64,000 nt of DNA from Eledone cirrhosa (lineage: Eukaryota), in contig OZ024744.1 of assembly GCA_964016885.1 (NCBI GenBank), positions 127,596,001 to 127,660,000 of the forward strand, written 5' to 3'. The notes beneath the pieces were generated by a model, which worked only from the letters and a program-made list of their open reading frames with translations, was not told where the DNA came from and made no database searches. A program made the position numbers and the translations under genes. Shown one piece after another: positions 1 through 12,200 of this stretch; the first letter of the stretch is position 1, and each line of letters begins with the position of its first letter.

Positions 1-1309
1 AGTTGGGGTTGAGTTAAGTTGGGGTTAAGTTAAGTTGGGGTTAAGTTAAGTTGGGGTTAAGTTAAGTTGGGGGTAAGTTAAGTTGGGGGCAAGTTAAGTT
101 GGGGTTAAGTTAAGTTGGGGTTAAGTTAAGTTGGGGTTAAGTTAAGTTGGGGTTAAGTTAAGTTGGGGTTAAATTAAGTTGGGGTTAAGTTAAGTTGGGG
201 TTAAGTTAAGTTGGGGTTAAATTAAGTTGGGGTTCAGTTAAGTTGGGGTTAAATTAAGTTGGGGTTAAGTTAAGTTGGGGTTAGTTAAGTTGGGGTTAAG
301 TTAAGTTGGGGTTAATTTCAGTTGGGGTTATGTTAAGTTGGGGTTAAGTTAAGTTGGGGTTAAGTTAAAGTTGGGGTTAAGTTAAGTTGGGGTAAAGTTA
401 AGTTAGGGTTAAGTTAAGTTGGGGTTAAGTTAAGTTGGGGTTAAATTAAGTTGGGGTTAAGTTAAGTTGGGGTTAAGTTAAGTTGGGGTTAAATTAAGTT
501 GGGGTTCAGTTAAGTTGGGGTTAAATTAAGTTGGGGTTAAGTTAAGTTGGGGTTAGTTAAGTTGGGGTTAAGTTAAGTTGGGGTTAAGTTAAGTTGGGGT
601 TAAGTTAAGTTGGGGTTAAGTTAAGTTGGCGTTAAGTTAAGTTGGGGTTAAGTTAAGTTGGGGTCAAATTAAGTTAGGGTTAAGTTAAGTTGGGGTTAAT
701 TTAAGTTGGGGTTAAGTTAAGTTGGGGTTAAGTTAAGTTGGAGTTAAGTCAAGTTGGGGTTAAGTCAAGTTGGGGTTAAGTCAAGTTGGGGTTAAGTCAA
801 GTTGGGGTTAAGTTAAGTTGGGGTTAAGTTAAGTTGGGGTTAAGTTAAGTTGGGGGTAAGTTAAGTTGGGTGTAAGTTAAGTTGGGGTTAAGTTAAATTG
901 GGGTTCAGTTCAGTTGGGGTTAAGTGAAGTTGGGGTTAAGTTAAGATGGGGGTAAGTTAAGTTGGGGTTAAGTTAAGTTGGGGTTAAGTTAAGTTGGGGT
1001 TAAGTTAAGTTGGGGTTAAGTTAAGTTGGAGTTAAGTTAAGTTGGAGTTAAGTTAAGTTGGGGTTAAGCTAAGTTGGGGTTCAGTTAAGTTGGGGTTAAG
1101 TTAATTTGGGGCTGAGTTAAGTTGGGGTTAAGTTAAGTTCGGGTTGAGTTAAGTTGGGGTTAAGTTAAGTTGGGGTTAAGTTAAGTTGGGGTTAAGTTAA
1201 GTTGGGGTTAAGATAAGTTGGGGTTAAGTTAAGTTGGGGTTAATTTAAGTTGGGGTTAAGTTGGGCTTAATTTAAGTTGGGGTTAAGTTGGGGGTAAGTT
1301 AAGTTGGGG
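1..1309 (+). repeat. Block nearly identical to 32221-33529 (offset 32,220)
   Basis: Lines starting at 1 and 32221 read alike for ~1.3 kb, including GGTCAAATT, GTGAAG and AAGATGGGG. I saw one difference (676 A vs 32896 G), and phase is lost at a 1-bp indel near 1310. Confidence 0.85.
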
Positions 1310-3275
1310 CAAGTTAAGTTGGGGTTAATTTAAGTTGGGGTTAATTTAAGTTGGGGTTAAGTTAAGTTGGGGTTATGTTAAGTTGGGGTTAAGTTAAGTT
1401 GGGGTTAAGTTAAGTTGGGGGTAACTTAAGTTGGGGTTAAGTTAAGTTGAGGGTAAGTTAAGTTGAAGGTAAGTTAAGTTGAGGTTAAGTTAAGTTGGGG
1501 TTAAGTTAAGTTGGGGGTAAGTTAAGTTGGGTGTAAGTTAAGTTGGGGTTAAGTTAAGTTGGGGTTAAATTAAGTTGAGGTTAAGTTAATTTGGGATTAA
1601 GTTAAGTTGGGGTTAAGTTAAGTTGGGGGTAAGATAAGTTGGGGCTAAGTTAAGTTGGGGCTAAGTCAAGTTGGGGTTAAGTCAAGTTGAGGTTAACTTA
1701 AGTTGGGGTTAAGTTAAGTTGGGGCTAAGTTAAGTTGGGGTTAAGGTAAGTTGGGGTTATGTTAAGTTGGGGCTAAGTTAAGTTGGGGCTAAGTTAAGTT
1801 GGGGCTGAGTTAAGTTGGGGTTAAGTTAAGTTGGGGTTGAGTTAAGTTGGGGTTAAGTTAAGTTGGGGTTAATTTAAGTTGGGGTTAAGTTAAGTTGGGG
1901 TTAAGATAAGTTGGGGTTAAGTTAAGTTGGGGTTACGTTAAGTTGGGGTTGAGTTAATTTGGGGTTAAGTTAAGTTGGGGTTAACTTAAGTTGGGGTTAA
2001 GTTGGGGTTAAGTTAAGTTGGGGGTAGGTTAAGTTGGGGGCAAGTTAAGTTGGGGTTAAGTTAAGTTGGGGTTAAGTTAAGTTGGGGGTAAGTTAAGTCG
2101 GGGTTAAGTTAAGTTGGGGTTAAGTTAAGTTGGGTTTAAGTTAAGTTGGGGCTAAGTTAAGTTGGGGCTAAGTTAAGTTGGGACTGAGTTAAGTTGGGGG
2201 TAAGTTAAGTTGGGTGTAAGTTAAGTTGGGGTTCAGTTCAGTTGGGGTTAAGTTAAGTTGGGGTTAAGTTAAGCTGGGGTTAAGTTAAGTTGGGGTTTAG
2301 TTAAGTTGGGGTTAAGTTAAGTTGGGGTTAAGTTAAGTTGGGGTTGAGTTAAGTTGGGGTTGAGTTAAGTTGGGGTTAAGTTAAGTTGGGGTTAAGTTAA
2401 GTTGGGGGTAAGTTAAGTTGGGGGTAAGTAAAATGGGGGCAAGTTAAGTTGGGGTTAAGTTAAGTTGGGGTTAAGTTAAGTTGGGGTTAAGTTAAGTTAG
2501 GGTTAATTTCAGTTGGGGTTAAGTTAAGTTGGGGTTAAGTTAAGTTAGGGTTAATTTAAGTTGGGGTTATGTTAAGTTGGGGTTAAGTTAAGTTGGGGTT
2601 AAGTTAAGTTGGTGTTAAGTAAAGTTGGGCTTAAGTTAAGTTGGGTTTGAGTTAAGTTGGGGCTAAGTTAAGTTAGGGCTAAGTTAAGTTGGGGTTAAGT
2701 TAAGTTGGGGCTAGGTTAAGTTGGGTCTAAGTTAAGTTGGGGTTAAGTTAAGTTGGGGTTAAGTTAAGTTGGGGTTAAGCTAAGTTGGGGTTAAGTTAAT
2801 TTGCGGTTAAGTTAGTTTGTGGGTTAAGTTAAGTTGGGGGTAAGTTAAATTGGGGGTAAGTTAAGTTGGGGTTAAATTAAGTTGGGGTTAAGTTAAGTTG
2901 GGGTTAAGTTAAGTTGGGGTTAAGTTAAGTTGGGGTTAAGTTAAGTTGGCGTTAAGTTAAGTTGGGGTAAAGTTAAGTTGGGGTTAAGTTAAGTTGGGTT
3001 TAAGTTAAGTTGGGGTTAAGTTAAGTTGGGGTTAAGTCAAGATGGGGTTAAGTCAAGTTGGGGTTAAGTTAAGTTGGGGTTAAGTTAAGTTGGGGGTAAG
3101 TTAAGTTGGGTGTAAGTTAAGTTGGGGTTAAGTTAAGTTGTGGTTAAGTTCAGTTGGGGTTAAGTTAAGTTGGGGTTAAGTTAAGCTGGGGGTAAGTTAA
3201 GTTGGGGTTAAGTTAAGTTGGGGTTAAGTTAAGTTGGGGTTAAATTAAGTTGGGGTTAAGTTAAGTTGGGGTTAT

Positions 3276-6200
3276 GTTAAGTTGGGGTTAAGTTAAGTTG
3301 GGGTTAAGATAAGTTGGGGTTAAGTTAAGTTGAGGTTAAGTTAAGTTGGAGTTAAGTTAAGTTGGGGTTAAGCCAAGTTGGGGTTAAGTTAATTTGCGGT
3401 TAAGTTAGGTTGTGGGTTAAGTTAAGTTGGGGTTAAGTTAAGCTGGGGTTAAGTTGGCGTAAGTTAAGTTGGGGTTAAGTTAAGTTGGGGTTAAGTTAAG
3501 TTGGGGTTAAGTTAAGTTGGGGTTAAGTTAAGTTGGGGTTGAGTTAAGTTGGGGTTGAGTTAAGTTGGGGTTGAGTTAAGTTGGGGTTAAGTTAAGTTGG
3601 GGTTAAGTTAAGTTGGGGTTAAGTTAAGTTGGGGTTAAGTTAAGTTGGGGGCAAGTTAAGTTGGCGTTAAGTTAAGTTGGGGTTAAGTTAAGTTGGGGTT
3701 AAATTAAGTTGGGGTTAAGTTAAGTTGGGGTTAATTTAAGTTGGGGTTAAGTTAAGTTGGGGTTAAGTTAAGTTGGAGTTGAGTCAAGTTGGGGTTAAGT
3801 CAAGTTGGGGTTAAGTCAAGTTGGGGTTAAGTCAAGTTGGGGTGAAGTTAAGTTGGGGTTAAGTTAAGTGGGGTTAAGTTAAGTTGGGGGTAAGTTAAGT
3901 TGGGTGTAAGTTAAGTTGGGGTTAAGTTAAGTTGGGGTTCAGTTCAGTTGGGGTTAAGTTAAGTTGGGGTTAAGTTAAGCTGGGGGTAAGTTAAGTTCGG
4001 GTTAAGTTAAGTTGGGGTTAAGTTAAGTTGGGGTTAAGTTAAGTCGGGGTTAAGTTAAGTTGGAGTTAAGTTAAGTTGGAGTTAAGTTAAGTTGGGGTTA
4101 AGCTAAGTTGGGGTTCAGTTAAGTTGGGGTTAAGTTAATTTGGGGCTGAGTTAAGTTGGGGTTAAGTTAAGTTCGGGTTGAGTTAAGTTGGGGTTAAGTT
4201 AAGTTGGGGTTTAGTTAAGTTGGGGTTAAGTTAAGTTGGGGTTAAGATAAGTTGGGGTTAAGTTAAGTTGGGGTTAATTTAAGTTGGGGTTGAGTTAATT
4301 TGGGTTTAAGTTAAGTTGGGCTTAACTTAAGTTGGGGTTAAGTTGGGGTTAAGTTAAGTTGGGGTTAAGTTAAGTTGGGGGTAAGTTAAGTTGGGGGCAA
4401 GTTAAGTTGGGGTTAATTTAAGTTGGGGTTAAGTTAAGTTGGGTTTATGTTAAGTTGGGGTTAAGTTAAGTTGGGGTTAAGTTAAAGTTGGGGTTAAGTT
4501 AAGTTGGGGTAAAGTTAAGTTGGGGTTAAATTAAGTTGAGGTTAAGTTAATTTGGGCTTAAGTTAAGTTGGGGTTAAGTTAAGTTGGGGGTAAGATAAGT
4601 TGGGGCTAAGTTAAGTTGGGGCTAAGTCAAGTTGGGGTTAAGTCAAATTGAGGTTAACTTAAGTTGGGGTTAAGTTAAGTTGGGGTTAAGTTAAGTTGGG
4701 GTTAAGGTAAGTTGGGGTTAAGTTAAGTTGGGGCTAAGTTAAGTTGGGGCTAAGTTAAGTTGGGGCTGAGTTAAGTTGGGGTTAAGTTGGGGTTGAGTTA
4801 AGTTGGGGTTAAGTTAAGTTGGGATTAAGTTAAGTTGGGGTTGAGTTAAGTTCGGGTTGAGTTAAGTTGGGGTTAAGTTAAGTTGGGGTTAATTTAAGTT
4901 GGGGTTAAGTTAAGTTGGGGTTAAGATAAGTTGGGGTTAAGTTAAGTTGGGGTTAAGTTAAGTTGGGGTTGAGTTAATTTGGGGTTAAGTTAAGTTGGGG
5001 TTAACTTAAGTTGGGGTTAAGTTAAGTTGGGGTTAAGTTAAGTTGGGGGTAAGTTAAGTTGGGGGCAAGTTGAGTTGGGGTTAAGTTAAGTTGGGGTTAA
5101 GTTAAGGTGGGGGTAAGTTAAGTTGGGGGTAAGTTAAGTTGGGGGTAAGTTAAGTTGGGGTTAAGTTAAGTTGGGTTTAAGTTAAGTTGGGGCTAAGTTT
5201 AGTTGGGGTTAAGTTAAGTTGGGGGTAAGTTAAGTTGGGGTTGAGTTAAGTTGGGGTTAACTTAAGTTGGGGTTAAGTTGGGGTTAAGTTAAGTTGGGGT
5301 TAAATTAAGTTGGGGGTTAGTTAAGTTGGGGCAAGTTAAGTTGGGGTTAATTTAAGTTGGGGTTAAGTTAAGTTGGGGTTATGTTAAGTTGGGGTTAAGT
5401 TAAGTTGGGGTTAAGTTAAGTTGGGGGTAAATTAAGTTGGGGTTAAGTTAAGTTGGGGGTAAGTTAAGTTGAGGGTAAGTTAAGTTGGGGTTAAGTTAAG
5501 TTGGGGTTAAATTAAGTTGGGGGTAAGTTAAGTTGGGGGTAAGTTAAGTTGGGGTTAAGTTAAGTTGGGGTTAAATTAAGTTGAGGTTAAGTTAAGTTGG
5601 GGTTAAGTTAAGTTGGGGTTAAGTTAAGTTGGGGTTAAGGTAAGTTGGGTTTATGTTAAGTTGGGGCTAAGTTAAGTTGGGGCTAAGTTAAGTTGGGGCT
5701 GAGTTAAGTTGGGGTTAAGTTAAGTTGGGGTTGAGTTAAGTTGGGGTTAAGTTAAGTTGGGGTTAATTTAAGTTGGGGTTAAGTTAAGTTGGGGTTAAGA
5801 TAAGTTGGGGTTAAGTTAAGTTGGGGTTACGTTAAGTTGGGGTTGAGTTAATTTGGGGTTAAGTTAAGTTGGGGTTAACTTAAGTTGGGGTTAAGTTGGG
5901 GTTAAGTTAAGTTGGGGGTAGGTTAAGTTGGGGGCAAGTTAAGTTGGGGTTAAGTTAAGTTGGGGTTAAGTTAAGTTGGGGGTAAGTTAAGTCGGGGTTA
6001 AGTTAAGTTGGGGTTAAGTTAAGTTGGGTTTAAGTTAAGTTGGGGCTAAGTTAAGTTGGGGCTAAGTTAAGTTGGGACTGAGTTAAGTTGGGGGTAAGTT
6101 AAGTTGGGTGTAAGTTAAGTTGGGGTTCAGTTCAGTTGGGGTTAAGTTAAGTTGGGGTTAAGTTAAGCTGGGGTTAAGTTAAGTTGGGGTTTAGTTAAGT

Positions 6201-9200
6201 TGGGGTTAAGTTAAGTTGGGGTTAAGTTAAGTTGGGGTTGAGTTAAGTTGGGGTTGAGTTAAGTTGGGGTTAAGTTAAGTTGGGGTTAAGTTAAGTTGGG
6301 GTTAAGTTAAGTTGGGGGTAAGTTAAGTTGGGGGTAAGTAAAATGGGGGCAAGTTAAGTTGGGGTTAAGTTAAGTTGGGGTTAAGTTAAGTTAGGGTTAA
6401 TTTCAGTTGGGGTTAAGTTAAGTTGGGGTTAAGTTAAGTTAGGGTTAATTTAAGTTGGGGTTATGTTAAGTTGGGGTTAAGTTAAGTTGGGGTTAAGTTA
6501 AGTTGGTGTTAAGTAAAGTTGGGGTTAAGTTAAGTTGTGGGTTAAGTTAAGTTGGGGTTAAGTTATTTTGGGGTTAAGTTAAGTTGGTGTTAAGTAAAGT
6601 TGGGCTTAAGTTAAGTTGGGTTTGAGTTAAGTTGGGGCTAAGTTAAGTTAGGGCTAAGTTAAGTTGGGGTTAAGTTAAGTTGGGGCTAGGTTAAGTTGGG
6701 TCTAAGTTAAGTTGGGGTTAAGTTAAGTTGGGGTTAAGTTAAGTTGGGGTTAAATTAAGTTGGGGTTAAGCTAAGTTGGGGTTAAGTTAATTTGCGGTTA
6801 AGTTAGGTTGTGGGTTAAGTTAAGTTGGGGTTAAGTTAAGCTGGGGTTAAGTTGGGGTAAGTTAAGTTGGGGGTAAGTTAAGTTGGGGTTAAGTTAAGTT
6901 GGGGTTAAGTTAAGTTGGGGTTAAGTTAAGTTGGGGTTGAGTTAAGTTGGGGTTGAGTTAAGTTGGGGTTAAGTTAAGTTGGGGTTAAGTTAAGTTGGGG
7001 TTAAGTTAAGTTGGGGGTAAGTTAAGTTGGGGGCAAGTTAAGTTGGGGTTAAGTTAAGTTGGGGTTAAGTTAAGTTGGGGTTAAGTTAAGTTGGGGTTAA
7101 GTTAAGTTGGGGTTAAATTAAGTTGGGGTTAAGTTAAGTTGGGGTTAAGTTAAGTTGGGGTTAAATTAAGTTGGGGTTCAGTTAAGTTGGGGTTAAATTA
7201 AGTTGGGGTTAAGTTAAGTTGGGGTTAGTTAAGTTGGGGTTAAGTTAAGTTGGGGTTAATTTCAGTTGGGGTTATGTTAAGTTGGGGTTAAGTTAAGTTG
7301 GGGTTAAGTTAAAGTTGGGGTTAAGTTAAGTTGGGGTAAAGTTAAGTTAGGGTTAAGTTAAGTTGGGGTTAAGTTAAGTTGGGGTTAAATTAAGTTGGGG
7401 TTAAGTTAAGTTGGGGTTAAGTTAAGTTGGGGTTAAATTAAGTTGGGGTTCAGTTAAGTTGGGGTTAAATTAAGTTGGGGTTAAGTTAAGTTGGGGTTAG
7501 TTAAGTTGGGGTTAAGTTAAGTTGGGGTTAAGTTAAGTTGGGGTTAAGTTAAGTTGGGGTTAAGTTAAGTTGGCGTTAAGTTAAGTTGGGGTTAAGTTAA
7601 GTTGGGGTCAAATTAAGTTGGGGTTAAGTTAAGTTGGGGTTAATTTAAGTTGGGGTTAAGTTAAGTTGGGGTTAAGTTAAGTTGGAGTTAAGTCAAGTTG
7701 GGGTTAAGTCAAGTTGGGGTTAAGTCAAGTTGGGGTTAAGTCAAGTTGGGGTTAAGTTAAGTTGGGGTTAAGTTAAGTTGGGGTTAAGTTAAGTTGGGGG
7801 TAAGTTAAGTTGGGTGTAAGTTAAGTTGGGGTTAAGTTAAATTGGGGTTCAGTTCAGTTGGGGTTAAGTGAAGTTGGGGTTAAGTTAAGATGGGGGTAAG
7901 TTAAGTTGGGGTTAAGTTAAGTTGGGGTTAAGTTAAGTTGGGGTTAAGTTAAGTTGGGGTTAAGTTAAGTTGGAGTTAAGTTAAGTTGGAGTTAAGTTAA
8001 GTTGGGGTTAAGCTAAGTTGGGGTTCAGTTAAGTTGGGGTTAAGTTAATTTGGGGCTGAGTTAAGTTGGGGTTAAGTTAAGTTCGGGTTGAGTTAAGTTG
8101 GGGTTAAGTTAAGTTGGGGTTAAGTTAAGTTGGGGTTAAGTTGGGCTTAATTTAAGTTGGGGTTAAGTTGGGGGTAAGTTAAGTTGGGGGCAAGTTAAGT
8201 TGGGGTTAATTTAAGTTGGGGTTAAGTTAAGTTGGGGTTATGTTAAGTTGGGGTTAAGTTAAGTTGGGGTTAAGTTAAGTTGGGGGTAACTTAAGTTGGG
8301 GTTAAATTAAGTTGAGGGTAAGTTAAGTTGAAGGTAAGTTAAGTTGAGGTTAAGTTAAGTTGGGGTTAAGTTAAGTTGGGGGTAAGTTAAGTTGGGTGTA
8401 AGTTAAGTTGGGGTTAAGTTAAGTTGGGGTTAAATTAAGTTGAGGTTAAGTTAATTTGGGATTAAGTTAAGTTGGGGTTAAGTTAAGTTGGGGGTAAGAT
8501 AAGTTGGGGCTAAGTTAAGTTGGGGCTAAGTCAAGTTGGGGTTAAGTCAAGTTGAGGTTAACTTAAGTTGGGGTTAAGTTAAGTTGGGGCTAAGTTAAGT
8601 TGGGGTTAAGGTAAGTTGGGGTTAAGTTAAGTTGGGGTTCAGTTAAGTTGGGGTTAAGTTAATTTGGGGCTGAGTTAAGTTGGGGTTAAGTTAAGTTCGG
8701 GTTGAGTTAAGTTGGGGTTAAGTTAAGTTGGGGTTAAGTTAAGTTGGGGTTAAGTTAAGTTGGGGTTAAGATAAGTTGGGGTTAAGTTAAGTTGGGGTTA
8801 ATTTAAGTTGGGGTTGAGTTAAGTTGGGGTTAAGTTAAGTTCGGGTTGAGTTAAGTTGGGGTTAAGTTAAGTTGGGGTTAAGTTAAGTTGGGGTTAAGTT
8901 AAGTTGGGGTTAAGATAAGTTGGGGTTAAGTTAAGTTGGGGCTAAGTTAAGTTGGGGCTGAGTTAAGTTGGGGTTAAGTTGGGGTTGAGTTAAGTTGGGG
9001 TTAAGTTAAGTTGGGATTAAGTTAAGTTGGGGTTAAGTTAAGTTCGGGTTGAGTTAAGTTGGGGTTAAGTTAAGTTGGGGTTAATTTAAGTTGGGGTTAA
9101 GTTAAGTTGGGGTTAAGATAAGTTGGGGTTAAGTTAAGTTGGGGTTAAGTTAGGTTGGGGTTGAGTTAATTTGGGGTTAAGTTAAGTTGGGGTTAACTTA

Positions 9201-12200
9201 AGTTGGGGTTAAGTTAAGTTGGGGTTAAGTTAAGTTGGGGGTAAGTTAAGTTGGGGGCAAGTTGAGTTGGGGTTAAGTTAAGTTGGGGTTAAGTTAAGGT
9301 GGGGGTAAGTTAAGTTGGGGGTAAGTTAAGTTGGGGGTAAGTTAAGTTGGGGTTAAGTTAAGTTGGGTTTAAGTTAAGTTGGGGCTAAGTTTAGTTGGGG
9401 TTAAGTTAAGTTGGGGGTAAGTTAAGTTGGGGTTGAGTTAAGTTGGGGTTAACTTAAGTTGGGGTTAAGTTGGGGTTAAGTTAAGTTGGGGTTAAATTAA
9501 GTTGGGGGTTAGTTAAGTTGGGGCAAGTTAAGTTGGGGTTAATTTAAGTTGGGGTTAAGTTAAGTTGGGGTTATGTTAAGTTGGGGTTAAGTTAAGTTGG
9601 GGTTAAGTTAAGTTGGGGGTAAGTTAAGTTGGGGTTAAGTTAAGTTGGGGGTAAGTTAAGTTGAGGGTAAGTTAAGTTGGGGTTAAGTTAAGTTGGGGTT
9701 AAATTAAGTTGGGGGTAAGTTAAGTTGGGGGTAAGTTAAGTTGGGGTTAAGTTAAGTTGGGGTTAAATTAAGTTGAGGTTAAGTTAAGTTGGGGTTAAGT
9801 TAAGTTGGGGTTAAGTTAAGTTGGGGGTAAGATAAGTTGGGGCTAAGTTAAGTTGGGGCTAAGTCAAGTTGGGGTTAAGTCAAGTTGAGGTTAACTTAAG
9901 TTGGGGTTAAGTTAAGTTGGGGTTAAGTTAAGTTGGGGTTAAGTTAAGTTGGGGTTAAGGTAAGTTGGGGTTATGTTAAGTTGGGGCTAAGTTAAGTTGG
10001 GGCTAAGTTAAGTTGGGGCTGAGTTAAGTTGGGGTTAAGTTAAGTTGGGGTTGAGTTAAGTTGGGGTTAAGTTAAGTTGGGGTTAATTTAAGTTGGGGTT
10101 AAGTTAAGTTGGGGTTAAGATAAGTTGGGGTTAAGTTAAGTTGGGGTTACGTTAAGTTGGGGTTGAGTTAATTTGGGGTTAAGTTAAGTTGGGGTTAACT
10201 GAAGTTGGGGTTAAGTTGGGGTTAAGTTAAGTTGGGGGTAGGTTAAGTTGGGGGCAAGTTAAGTTGGGGTTAAGTTAAGTTGGGGTTAAGTTAAGTTGGG
10301 GGTAAGTTAAGTCGGGGTTAAGTTAAGTTGGGGTTAAGTTAAGTTGGGTTTAAGTTAAGTTGGGGCTAAGTTAAGTTGGGGCTAAGTTAAGTTGGGACTG
10401 AGTTAAGTTGGGGGTAAGTTAAGTTGGGTGTAAGTTAAGTTGGGGTTCAGTTCAGTTGGGGTTAAGTTAAGTTGGGGTTAAGTTAAGCTGGGGTTAAGTT
10501 AAGTTGGGGTTTAGTTAAGTTGGGGTTAAGTTAAGTTGGGGTTAAGTTAAGTTGGGGTTAAGTTAAGTTGGGGTTAAGTTAAGTTGGGGGTAAGTTAAGT
10601 TGGGGGTAAGTAAAATGGGGGCAAGTTAAGTTGGGGTTAAGTTAAGTTGGGGTTAAGTTAAGTTGGGGTTAAGTTAAGTTAGGGTTAATTTCAGTTGGGG
10701 TTAAGTTAAGTTGGGGTTAAGTTAAGTTAGGGTTAATTTAAGTTGGGGTTATGTTAAGTTGGGGTTAAGTTAAGTTGGGGTTAAGTTAAGTTGGTGTTAA
10801 GTAAAGTTGAGGTTAAGTTAAGTTGTGGGTTAAGTTAAGTTGGGGTTAAGTTAAGTTGGGGGTAAGTTAAGTTGGGTGTAAGTTAAGTTGGGTGTAAGTT
10901 AAGTTGGGGTTAAGTTAAGTTGGGGTTCAGTTCAGTTGGGGTTAAGTTAAGTTGGGGTTAAGTTAAGCTGGGGGTAAGTTAAGTTCGGGTTAAGTTAAGT
11001 TGGGGTTAAGTTAAGTTGGGGTTAAGTTAAGTCGGGGTTAAGTTAAGTTGGAGTTAAGTTAAGTTGGAGTTAAGTTAAGTTGGGGTTAAGCTAAGTTGGG
11101 GTTCAGTTAAGTTGGGGTTAAGTTAATTTGGGGCTGAGTTAAGTTGGGGTTAAGTTAAGTTCGGGTTGAGTTAAGTTGGGGTTAAGTTAAGTTGGGGTTT
11201 AGTTAAGTTGGGGTTAAGTTAAGTTGGGGTTAAGATAAGTTGGGGTTAAGTTAAGTTGGGGTTAATTTAAGTTGGGGTTGAGTTAATTTGGGTTTAAGTT
11301 AAGTTGGGCTTAACTTAAGTTGGGGTTAAGTTGGGGTTAAGTTAAGTTGGGGTTAAGTTAAGTTGGGGGTAAGTTAAGTTGGGGGCAAGTTAAGTTGGGG
11401 TTAATTTAAGTTGGGGTTAAGTTAAGTTGGGTTTATGTTAAGTTGGGGTTAAGTTAAGTTGGGGTTAAGTTAAAGTTGGGGTTAAGTTAAGTTGGGGTAA
11501 AGTTAAGTTGGGGTTAAATTAAGTTGAGGTTAAGTTAATTTGGGCTTAAGTTAAGTTGGGGTTAAGTTAAGTTGGGGGTAAGATAAGTTGGGGCTAAGTT
11601 AAGTTGGGGCTAAGTCAAGTTGGGGTTAAGTCAAATTGAGGTTAACTTAAGTTGGGGTTAAGTTAAGTTGGGGTTAAGTTAAGTTGGGGTTAAGGTAAGT
11701 TGGGGTTAAGTTAAGTTGGGGCTAAGTTAAGTTGGGGCTAAGTTAAGTTGGGGCTGAGTTAAGTTGGGGTTAAGTTGGGGTTGAGTTAAGTTGGGGTTAA
11801 GTTAAGTTGGGATTAAGTTAAGTTGGGGTTAAGTTAAGTTCGGGTTGAGTTAAGTTGGGGTTAAGTTAAGTTGGGGTTAATTTAAGTTGGGGTTAAGTTA
11901 AGTTGGGGTTAAGATAAGTTGGGGTTAAGTTAAGTTGGGGTTAAGTTAAGTTGGGGTTGAGTTAATTTGGGGTTAAGTTAAGTTGGGGTTAACTTAAGTT
12001 GGGGTTAAGTTAAGTTGGGGTTAAGTTAAGTTGGGGGTAAGTTAAGTTGGGGGCAAGTTGAGTTGGGGTTAAGTTAAGTTGGGGTTAAGTTAAGGTGGGG
12101 GTAAGTTAAGTTGGGGGTAAGTTAAGTTGGGGGTAAGTTAAGTTGGGGTTAAGTTAAGTTGGGTTTAAGTTAAGTTGGGGCTAAGTTTAGTTGGGGTTAA

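Noticed and set aside
403-408. Canonical telomere motifs TTAGGG (here and elsewhere), TTTGGGG, and TTTTGGGG at ~6566
   Set aside because: Isolated one- or two-base variants of the monomer, never in tandem, so not telomerase-added tracts.
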